Part shown: positions 53,261 through 59,538 of the stretch, piece after piece
How positions within the stretch are numbered: position 1 is the first letter of the stretch
Layout of the letters: the number at the start of each line of letters is the position of its first letter
From: a virus
Direction: 5' to 3' (one strand)
DNA: 59,538 bases
IMG/VR virus record: IMGVR_UViG_3300028888_000014
Coordinates: 1 to 59,538 of that record
Made by a program: the position numbers and the translations under genes
The notes under the pieces: model-generated
What the model was told of the DNA's origin: nothing
What the model saw: only the letters and a program-made list of their open reading frames with translations
Database searches by the model: none

Positions 53261-53553
53261 TCCCCGCCTCCTTCCGTTTCTTTGTATTGTCCGTTGATCA
53301 ATCCTACAGCCAATGTGCTTATTGCATAAAATGCTTCTTTGAAAAATTCCCTCTCAGGTAGGCAGTCGTCCACGATTTTCGCGACATACAGACATCCTGC
53401 CGTCAGTGCGTCCGGTATTTTTGTTTTATCCGGAGTGGCCTGTATCAATATATTTGCTATGTCGCGTTGAAGCTTTGTCACTTCTGGTCCTCTTACTACG
53501 CTCTTGAATTTTATTTCCATTTCAACTGAACTATTGTTATTGTCTTTGCTCAT
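53257..53553 (-). CDS. Hypothetical protein (98 aa)
   Basis: ATG start; ATGA overlap with the downstream gene. Confidence 0.45.
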   Translation of the reverse strand: MSKDNNNSSVEMEIKFKSVVRGPEVTKLQRDIANILIQATPDKTKIPDALTAGCLYVAKIVDDCLPEREFFKEAFYAISTLAVGLINGQYKETEGGGE

Positions 53554-53562
53554 GATAATGAT

Positions 53563-54174
53563 TTATTTGATTAAGGTGAATTCGTATGCTATTCTGTAAG
53601 GATTCTTCTCCCATGTTCCTTTGCCGAATATATCTTCTACAATCCGGAGGAAAGGGTCCAACGCCGAATTATATCTGTAGTCTATTCCGGGTATGCTGTA
53701 AATGTATCTTTCTACGACATTCGGATAATCGTCAAAACATTTTTCGAATCTGAGGACTCCTTCCTTTAAGATATCCAATTCGCTAATTTGCCGCAGCCGT
53801 TCGCATTTTACATTCTCGATCCTGATTCGGTGCGGCATCAGATCTGCGCGGACGAACATCTTGTTATACCATCCGGCCGTTTTGCACCACCTGTCGATAA
53901 GGTCAGGGTTGTCTATGTAGTTCCAGTCGTCTCTTTCGTATAACGTTTCATATCTTTCTGCCACCGCCACTACTTCCCCGACCTTGAATTTTGGCTTTAT
54001 GATCACCGTTTCGTAGCTGCCGCCGATCCGGAACTCGAAATCGCCTTTCCCGATGGTTCCGACGAGTTCCGTTTCAGGTCCGAGTTCGGGGAGTATGTCG
54101 CTGGTCATGGTCTTCCATCCTTGAATCACGGCGAACGTTAACTGGAATTTGTCGTTGAACATTCTTTTTTTCAT
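53563..54174 (-). CDS. Hypothetical protein (203 aa)
   Basis: ATG preceded by GGAAGGAGG; no motif recognised with confidence. Confidence 0.5.
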   Translation of the reverse strand: MKKRMFNDKFQLTFAVIQGWKTMTSDILPELGPETELVGTIGKGDFEFRIGGSYETVIIKPKFKVGEVVAVAERYETLYERDDWNYIDNPDLIDRWCKTAGWYNKMFVRADLMPHRIRIENVKCERLRQISELDILKEGVLRFEKCFDDYPNVVERYIYSIPGIDYRYNSALDPFLRIVEDIFGKGTWEKNPYRIAYEFTLIK

Positions 54175-54210
54175 TCCTTGCCTCCTTCCGTTTCTTTGTA
54201 TTGTTCTTTG

Positions 54211-54408
54211 TCAATTTGATTTTTGTTTATTCTCTTCTTTGATATGATCACAGAGAAACCAATGCACTCTTTCCAAGTTTTCGATGATTTCGAGTTGTTT
54301 TTTTCTTGTAAGTTCCTCCCATATCTTTTTTCTCTTTCCTTTTAGTATGATCCATCCGACGAGATTTCTTTCGCGCCATATCGTTATTTTGCACATTCCT
54401 TCCTCCAT
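54211..54408 (-). CDS. Hypothetical small protein (65 aa)
   Basis: ATG with GAGGAGG upstream; overlaps the upstream gene by 25 nt. Confidence 0.35.
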   Translation of the reverse strand: MEEGMCKITIWRERNLVGWIILKGKRKKIWEELTRKKQLEIIENLERVHWFLCDHIKEENKQKSN

Positions 54409-54791
54409 TCCTCCTCTTCAAGCAGTTCCACCCTTGCGTGGCAGGACCACTTCAGGTTCTCCATGGGTGCGTCCTTCCCGGCTCCGATGCACTCTTCGAG
54501 CGTGGCGCTGATCACGCCGCCCACCAATGTCATGTTTGCTTCGTTCTTGTACACGTTCATAAAGCCGTACACGGGGGCCATATATAAATTATATTTTGGA
54601 TACCACGCGTCATCGAACGGATCGATACATACGCCTTCATTATTCGCAATCCAGTGATTCTTTATTCCGTGTCGTACGATTTCGTACAGAATATTTCCGT
54701 TGTAGTCGAAGTCCAGGATCTTCACCGGGGTGCCGTCGCGCAGGCACACGGCCGCCCCGTTTTTCGCTTTCTCGATGTCGAACTGTTTCAT
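54384..54791 (-). CDS. Hypothetical protein (135 aa)
   Basis: ATG preceded by GGAAGGAGGGGCGAG; ordinary composition. Confidence 0.5.
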   Translation of the reverse strand: MKQFDIEKAKNGAAVCLRDGTPVKILDFDYNGNILYEIVRHGIKNHWIANNEGVCIDPFDDAWYPKYNLYMAPVYGFMNVYKNEANMTLVGGVISATLEECIGAGKDAPMENLKWSCHARVELLEEEEWRKECAK

Positions 54792-55150
54792 CTCGCCCCT
54801 CCTTCCGCAATAGTCTTTTCCAAGATTTTTCTCAGATCGGCCAACCCTGATTCGTTCAGGACTTCTGGAATGGATTGGCTTGCGAGTATGTGAGCCAGCA
54901 CACTGGAAGCTAAGATATCACGAATATTTTCATCTATTCTCATATACAATGCTATGTTCTTGGAGATGTCTATACCGTTCCCTCGGATATGTATTAAACT
55001 TCCCTTTGTTCCTTTGCATAAAACGATGCCCGTGTTCTTTCCTCCCTTTGTAAACATTCCGCAAATCATTCTGATAGCTTTAATTTTTTCTTTCATATTG
55101 TTTGGTTTCATTTGATGATTGTTTTTCTTCGATTTCTTTTCTCCTGTCAT
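54788..55150 (-). CDS. Hypothetical protein (120 aa)
   Basis: ATG preceded by AAAGGAGG; ATGA overlaps on both sides. Confidence 0.45.
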   Translation of the reverse strand: MTGEKKSKKNNHQMKPNNMKEKIKAIRMICGMFTKGGKNTGIVLCKGTKGSLIHIRGNGIDISKNIALYMRIDENIRDILASSVLAHILASQSIPEVLNESGLADLRKILEKTIAEGGAR

Positions 55151-55278
55151 TTGCGGCCTCCTTTCGCTATTTTTTTCAGGTACTTCTGCACCTCGTGGAT
55201 GCCCACCCGGTCGAGGTCGAGTTGTGGTTGCTTTTTCCCCGCCGTGTTCACGGTTTCGTCTTTGCTCTCTTTTTCCAT
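55147..55278 (-). CDS. Possible small ORF (43 aa), not in the track
   Basis: My own translation is MEKESKDETVNTAGKKQPQLDLDRVGIHEVQKYLKKIAKGGRK. It fills the 55151-55301 gap and has an ATGA overlap with the next gene. Confidence 0.3.
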   Translation of the reverse strand: MEKESKDETVNTAGKKQPQLDLDRVGIHEVQKYLKKIAKGGRK

Positions 55279-55301
55279 TTGTTTGTTTTTTTATTTGATG
55301 T

Positions 55302-56867
55302 TCAGTTCACTTCGGCCAGTGCCTCGCACAGCCGGCGGCTCATGTTCACCTCCACGGCGTTGCCGATGTACTTTTTCTGCTCAGACTGCGTGCCTATCAG
55401 CACGTAGTCCTTCGGGAACCCCATGATGGCTTTCAGCTCGTTCACCTTCAGCATCCGCATCTTCACCTCCGTGATTCCGTGCGCGGCCATGAACTCCTTT
55501 ATCTTCACCGTCATGGGGCTGTCGCCTTCGAACACGGCGATTCCCGTGTCGCCTTTGACGGTCGTCACCAGGTAGGGCGGAACTTTGTCCATGCGGGCGA
55601 CGAGTGTGAAGCATGGGGCCTCCACCGATCCGCCCGCGCTCCTGTACTGCGGGTTTAAGATAAAGCACTCTACGAGTTTCTGTTTCGGCACGCTGAGCAC
55701 TGCAGGACACGGGGCGTTCACGTCGCTCACCTGGCCTCCGCCGGAGTACTCGTTGGCCAGGAACGTGACCTTGGCTAAATGGTCTTTTGCCAGTATCGCC
55801 GGTGCCGGTTTGTCGCATCCGCATGCTTGGCCGTGTTTGTAGTAGGTGATGAGCGCGTGGTGGTCGCGGGCGGTTATCGTCCCCGACGGGCCTTGGGCGC
55901 TGATGTTCTTGCTGCTGTCGTGTCCGCTGTAGTTCTTGCAGAGGAACACGCATTTCACCAGGCCGAAGCGGTTCTCGGTGGTCACTACCCCGCACGGGCT
56001 TTCGATCGACTTCACCGTTTCTTCCGGCTTCACCTGGTTGTATCTTATTGTATAATTGTCTATGCCGTTTCCTGCGAACTTCACCAGTCCGGCATAGATG
56101 CGCTTTAGTGTGTTCTCCACCAGCGGCCGTTTCCGTGTGAAGATGTTCTCTCCTTCGTCCCCGATGTCGAGGACATCGATCACGGCCTTCCACGGGCGAA
56201 GCGTGTCGTGGAATAGGTTGTCCGATTTTTCGGGTTGCTTGCTGTAGGTGGCTTCCGGGTAGTTGTGCTTGAGGCCGAGCTTTGCGAATGTTCCGAAAAA
56301 TCTCTTCCGGCTGGTGTATGCGCCGTGGTCGGCGGCGTTGATGATGCGCCATGAAAAGGAGTAGCCGAAGGAGCACATCTTGTCGACCCATTTCAGGTAG
56401 TCGCAGCCCCGGAGCCTGCTCACCGGGCGACCGTACTCGTCTAACCGTCCCCATGCCATGAACTCCTCCACGTTTTCAATCTGGATATAGTCTGGATCCA
56501 GAACATCCACGTACCTGAAGAGGTGCTCGGCGAGGGTGCGGCTGTCCGGGTCGCGCGGCTTGCCGCCTTTGGCGCGGCTGAAGTTCGTGCATTCGAGGCT
56601 GGCCCACAGCACCAGCTTGGCTCCGGGATGGCGCTTCATAGCTTTCTTTGCCAAGTCTCTCAGCGGGCGTATGTCGAGGGTTCTGATGTCCTCGGTGAAG
56701 TGTTTCACCCCCGGATGGTTGGCCGCGTGGGATGCGATGGCGTTGGCGTCGTGGTTCACGCAGGCAATCGTCTTGGCCACCTTCTTCCCGCCGAGCCGCG
56801 CGGATTCTACACCCGTGGTGGTGCCTCCCGCGCCGCAGAAAAGGTCTATGTAGAGCAGCTTTATCAT
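55302..56867 (-). CDS. DNA (cytosine-5)-methyltransferase (521 aa), orphan
   Basis: Motif I DLFCGAGGTTTG, motif IV-like SLECTNFS, motif VI IQIENVEEF, motif VIII-like TSRKRFFG and motif X IGNAVEV. No adjacent endonuclease. Confidence 0.85.
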   Translation of the reverse strand: MIKLLYIDLFCGAGGTTTGVESARLGGKKVAKTIACVNHDANAIASHAANHPGVKHFTEDIRTLDIRPLRDLAKKAMKRHPGAKLVLWASLECTNFSRAKGGKPRDPDSRTLAEHLFRYVDVLDPDYIQIENVEEFMAWGRLDEYGRPVSRLRGCDYLKWVDKMCSFGYSFSWRIINAADHGAYTSRKRFFGTFAKLGLKHNYPEATYSKQPEKSDNLFHDTLRPWKAVIDVLDIGDEGENIFTRKRPLVENTLKRIYAGLVKFAGNGIDNYTIRYNQVKPEETVKSIESPCGVVTTENRFGLVKCVFLCKNYSGHDSSKNISAQGPSGTITARDHHALITYYKHGQACGCDKPAPAILAKDHLAKVTFLANEYSGGGQVSDVNAPCPAVLSVPKQKLVECFILNPQYRSAGGSVEAPCFTLVARMDKVPPYLVTTVKGDTGIAVFEGDSPMTVKIKEFMAAHGITEVKMRMLKVNELKAIMGFPKDYVLIGTQSEQKKYIGNAVEVNMSRRLCEALAEVN

Positions 56868-57067
56868 CTTTCGCCGTTTTTATGTTTCTTCCTTGATATG
56901 AAAACCGCTATCACGGTTATGATAAACAGCCATGACAGTGCTCCCATCAGAATCGAGCCGACTATTCTCTCTCCTAAGTCGTCTGAGCTGTGCTTTGTGC
57001 TTACAAACGTCAGCGTCATGGCCAGTACAAAGCCGATCATCCATGTTATAACTATTGTTTCTCTCAT
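56864..57067 (-). CDS. Small two-TM membrane protein (67 aa)
   Basis: Two hydrophobic segments (IVITWMIGFVLAMTLTFV and ILMGALSWLFIITVIAVFI) and a basic C-terminus; ATGA overlap with the methyltransferase start. Confidence 0.5.
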   Translation of the reverse strand: MRETIVITWMIGFVLAMTLTFVSTKHSSDDLGERIVGSILMGALSWLFIITVIAVFISRKKHKNGER

Positions 57068-57087
57068 TTTTGTGATTTTTATTCGCC

Positions 57088-57185
57088 GTCGCCGGACCGG
57101 GAATCGAACCCGTTATGAAGTTTTCTTGTTATTTTATGGCAATACAACTGAACTTGTCACTCCATCCGCTCCGCAACTGTCCGGC
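57088..57185 (-). tRNA. Atypical tRNA-like element (98 nt)
   Basis: On the - strand: perfect 7-bp acceptor stem CGCCGGA/TCCGGCG, T-arm CGGG-TTCGATT-CCCG, discriminator A. The D region is non-canonical and the anticodon arm is extended (AAGTT/AACTT plus TTGT/ACAA). Confidence 0.4.
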
Positions 57186-57235
57186 GTTTCCAGGTGCGCT
57201 GTGATTGCAACCCACACCTGGACCATTAAATAAAA

Positions 57236-57270
57236 GAACTCAGGCTGTTTATACTCGCACCTCCTTGAGT
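57236..57270 (-). terminator. Possible terminator hairpin downstream of CDS 57291-57512
   Basis: Imperfect stem aactcagg/ccttgagtt, followed on the - strand by cttttattt. Confidence 0.35.
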
Positions 57271-57290
57271 TAGGATTTCCGGAACCCTGA

Positions 57291-57512
57291 TTATTTCGTC
57301 ACGTTGAATGTCACGCTGCCGTACTTCGGTTTGTCATACATGTAGTTGGTGCCTTCCGTCAGGAATTCCACTTCCATGTAGGTGTCCGTGTCGTCTTCAT
57401 CCTGATCCGTGATGGTTAACTGCGTGATTGTTATCTGCACGATATTTTCTGTTTCGAGCGGGCACCGCTCGAAGAGTTTGTCGATCGCCCTTTTCGCGTG
57501 AGTCTTTTTCAT
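57291..57512 (-). CDS. Hypothetical small acidic protein (73 aa from ATG 57512)
   Basis: ATG preceded by ACAGGAGG; the track N-terminus MGAAHRQRDRRRK is probably not translated. Confidence 0.45.
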   Translation of the reverse strand: MKKTHAKRAIDKLFERCPLETENIVQITITQLTITDQDEDDTDTYMEVEFLTEGTNYMYDKPKYGSVTFNVTK

Positions 57513-57889
57513 CTTTCGCCTCCTGTCTCGTTGTCGATGGGCGGCTCCCACAAATCCTCCTTCTTCTTTTCCGCTCTCGGTTTTTCTTTTGTCATATATT
57601 TCACTTTTTTAAATTTCTTAAAGAAAGTACTCCGGAGGGTTGGTTACCTCTTGGCCAAACTTTTCTTTCCTCCTTGCTCCAGATTAGGGCGCGAGGCCGC
57701 AAGGTGTTCCGAAAACTCCCATCGTTGCCCCGATGGCGGCGGAGTACTTCAGCGGGATCCTGACGCTTCCGTATGGTTGCCGGCGGCTTGGTGCCGTTGA
57801 AAAACGACGTTGATCGTTATGGATCTTTCGCGCCGCCGGGCTTTCATGCAGGGGTACCTCGCAGGGTTTTGGTCGGCCTACTGATTTGA

Positions 57890-58162
57890 TTATGGCTTTG
57901 GGGATCCTTCTGGGTATGTCTTTCCATCCTTCACTTTTTTGATATACTCTTTTATTTCCTCCTCGCAATCCGTCTTGTGTCTCCTTTCGATTGCGGATAA
58001 TTTCTCGTAATGAAGAAGAATCATCTTGTTCCTTTCCTTTATATCGTTGCTTGACGCGTTGTAGTAACCGCGCACCACCTGCTTGATGGTGCTTTTGTCA
58101 ACCTTTGACCTCATGCAGGCTTTGACTGCTTCAGCCATGTCGTCTGTGATTCTGTTTCTCAT
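57890..58162 (-). CDS. Hypothetical protein (90 aa)
   Basis: ATG start; second gene of the early leftward (replication) operon. Confidence 0.45.
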   Translation of the reverse strand: MRNRITDDMAEAVKACMRSKVDKSTIKQVVRGYYNASSNDIKERNKMILLHYEKLSAIERRHKTDCEEEIKEYIKKVKDGKTYPEGSPKP

Positions 58163-58166
58163 ATTG

Positions 58167-58370
58167 CTACATGTTTTGTTCCGTTGTCACTTGTTTCGCA
58201 CGCAGTACGTACGCGGCTTGTATGGCGGATCTGACACCGCCTTCTTTCAAGTTGTGCTTTTCCCCGATATGTTTGTATGCATCCATCTTTGGCCACCCTT
58301 CTGCGATGAGTTTCTCGTACTCCACGAGAATTTTTTCGTTTCTCTTTTGTTTTTTCGTTATGGGTTTCAT
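58167..58370 (-). CDS. Small basic protein (67 aa), Cro-like by position
   Basis: Divergent from the CI-like repressor across a 109-bp AT-rich intergenic region. Confidence 0.4.
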   Translation of the reverse strand: MKPITKKQKRNEKILVEYEKLIAEGWPKMDAYKHIGEKHNLKEGGVRSAIQAAYVLRAKQVTTEQNM

Positions 58371-58385
58371 ACCGTTTCTTTTTTA

Positions 58386-58393
58386 TATATTTG
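58386..58393 (+). promoter_or_regulatory. -7 promoter box (TATATTTG) for the repressor operon
   Basis: Matches TAnnTTTG in the divergent intergenic region. Confidence 0.4.
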
Positions 58394-58421
58394 CTGTTGT
58401 AATATTGTTGAAATAATGCGG

Positions 58422-58429
58422 CAAAAATA
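58422..58429 (-). promoter_or_regulatory. -7 promoter box (TATTTTTG) for the early leftward operon
   Basis: The reverse complement of caaaaata. The two boxes are arranged so that the divergent transcripts would overlap at their 5-prime ends. Confidence 0.4.
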
Positions 58430-58479
58430 TAAATAAAATGAATACGATGTACTCATCTTGAATATAAAAATTAATATTT

Positions 58480-58869
58480 ATGGATAAACGTCAGATACTC
58501 AATGAAATAAAATGTTCTTTAGGATTCAAATCGGATGCTGATTTTGCCCGTTTTTTAGGCATTTCGCCTCAGACTTTATCATCTTGGCATAGCAGAAATA
58601 TGTATAACATTGACATCCTGTATGCAAAATGCGTAGATATTAATCCAGAATTTCTGATATCCGGTCGCGGTGATATATTGCGAAAATCTTCTATCAAAAA
58701 TCAAAATTCTGTTGTCAGCCCTGCTCATGTTGGCGACAAATTGACTGATGATTTAGTTTCATCCGTTTCCAAAGGACTTGATGATGATATTACTCGTGGT
58801 CTGATTGCATCTATCCAGTCGCTAACCCATGCTATTGAAAAGCTCACCGACAAATTGTGCGATTTGTAA
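58480..58869 (+). CDS. CI-like HTH repressor (129 aa)
   Basis: LGFKSDADFARFLGISPQTLSSWHSRN ... NPEFLISGRGDI matches the phage CI-repressor HTH pattern, including the W/F-L-x-x-G-x-G tail. Confidence 0.7.
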   Translation: MDKRQILNEIKCSLGFKSDADFARFLGISPQTLSSWHSRNMYNIDILYAKCVDINPEFLISGRGDILRKSSIKNQNSVVSPAHVGDKLTDDLVSSVSKGLDDDITRGLIASIQSLTHAIEKLTDKLCDL

Positions 58870-58898
58870 TGAACTTTTAATCACCAAATTATTGTATT

Positions 58899-59201
58899 AT
58901 GAAAGACATTAAGGAAATTTTCAACGATTATCTCGCCAGTCAGGAAGTTGGCACACCTTTATGGTATTCTGTCCTGGAATACGCTCAGATTCTTGCTGAA
59001 TTCGCAGACAGGGATTTCGACAAGTTCTGTAAGATGTATGACCGTTACGTGATGGCTCACGGTGAACGATATTCTGACGGTGCGTTGTTTGTCTTCGACC
59101 TCACAGATGACTACACCTTGTATCTCTCGACTGTAGGCTATAAGGTTGAAGGGCTCAAAATCAAATTCAGACCCATTGAATCTGTCACTGAAACGTTTTA
59201 A
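58899..59201 (+). CDS. Hypothetical protein (100 aa) co-oriented with the repressor
   Basis: ATG start; low-GC lysogeny module. Confidence 0.45.
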   Translation: MKDIKEIFNDYLASQEVGTPLWYSVLEYAQILAEFADRDFDKFCKMYDRYVMAHGERYSDGALFVFDLTDDYTLYLSTVGYKVEGLKIKFRPIESVTETF

Positions 59202-59262
59202 TTCGTAGCGTGTAACGTTTTGTCTTTTATGTAGTTGCACGCTTATTTTTACCTCTTTGGCC

Positions 59263-59283
59263 TGGCCAAATTTGCGCCAAAAA
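59263..59283 (+). repeat. Pair of GGCCAAA / GCGCCAAA direct repeats upstream of int
   Basis: tggccaaa at 59263 and tgcgccaaaaa at 59273. A related pair lies at 59422 and 59433 (equivalent to 11 and 22). Confidence 0.6.
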
Positions 59284-59370
59284 CAACTCGTTTTTTGACA
59301 AATGTATAATTGATTATCAGGCGTTTAGCTTTGTGTTGTGAGAGTTGGAATGTCTCGCTCTCTCCGCAAC

Positions 59371-59413
59371 AACCCCGCAACGCGCTGTTTTACAAAACGT
59401 TGCGGGGTTTTAT
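59371..59413 (+). terminator. Rho-independent terminator between the repressor operon and int
   Basis: 12-bp stem aaccccgcaacg/cgttgcggggtt followed by tttta. Confidence 0.6.
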
Positions 59414-59538
59414 AAAATCACTGCGCCAAAATCGCGCCAAAGTCTAAACGTCCTTTTGTTGATCGAAAGAAAATGAAAGGATAAAAAAAATGTCGCGTCC
59501 GTTTATCGACTTCAAACCCGCACAATATGTTGAGACTA
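59412..59538. repeat. Right copy of the exact 127-bp terminal overlap (includes a duplicated int start at 59490)
   Basis: Identical to 1-127. A length of 127 is typical of an assembler k-mer overlap on a circular contig. Confidence 0.95.

Larger units (their letters stand above)
1..59411. mobile_element. Complete circular temperate tailed-phage genome (siphovirus-like), unit length 59,411 bp
   Basis: Window closes on itself (1-127 = 59412-59538). It carries integrase, CI-like repressor, terminase, portal, protease, capsid, tape measure, fibres, endolysin and primase-helicase. Confidence 0.85.

Noticed and set aside
1-59538. Diversity-generating retroelement or retron acting on the fibre genes, and stop-codon reassignment linked to the tRNA-like element.
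   Set aside because: No ORF carries reverse-transcriptase motifs, and I saw no template/variable repeat pair near the fibre genes. All large genes read through in the standard code without in-frame stops, so recoding is not needed to explain the ORF structure.

Overview
The window is one closed circle. Bases 1-127 recur exactly at 59412-59538, giving a unit length of 59,411 bp, and the gene content is that of a complete temperate tailed (siphovirus-like) phage. There is no rRNA, no CRISPR array and no reverse transcriptase.

Layout:
- Lysogeny module (+ strand): CI-like HTH repressor at 58480-58869 and tyrosine integrase at 79-1200.
- Replication/early operon (- strand, 58370 down to 43274): C5-cytosine methyltransferase, an atypical tRNA-like element, a DUF3127-type SSB-like protein, a TOPRIM/P-loop primase-helicase and a truncated paralog.
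- Late operon 1 (- strand, 42570 down to 32695): ClpP-like prohead protease fused to a scaffold, major capsid protein, amidase endolysin, PLD-like protein and large terminase.
- Short rightward early operon (30364-32636).
- Leftward accessory operon (28710 down to 23736): DUF932, RadC-like JAB and a ComF-like phosphoribosyltransferase.
- Late operon 2 (- strand, 23633 down to 1197): portal, a 1766-aa tape measure protein and a very long array of fibre or receptor-binding genes.

Host inference: repeated TAnnTTTG -7 boxes, mostly A-rich SD-free leaders after those boxes, DUF3127 and the integrase type point to a Bacteroidota host. This is inference only.

Most notable observations:
1. A low-GC three-gene LamG/jelly-roll cassette sits inside the high-GC tail module.
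2. A switch region has three 20-bp dyad operators, each 10-11 nt upstream of a -7 box, plus a 35-bp x 4.6 GC-rich tandem array next to an AT-rich repeat region.
3. The accessory operon resembles a conjugative-element leading region and is a candidate anti-defence island.
4. A 98-nt tRNA-like element has a perfect acceptor stem and T-arm but an aberrant core.
5. Several pairs of duplicated gene-boundary sequences occur, and strong AAGGAGG motifs are restricted to internal gene junctions.

Many long ORFs in the supplied track are GC-driven shadow frames, and I rejected them.
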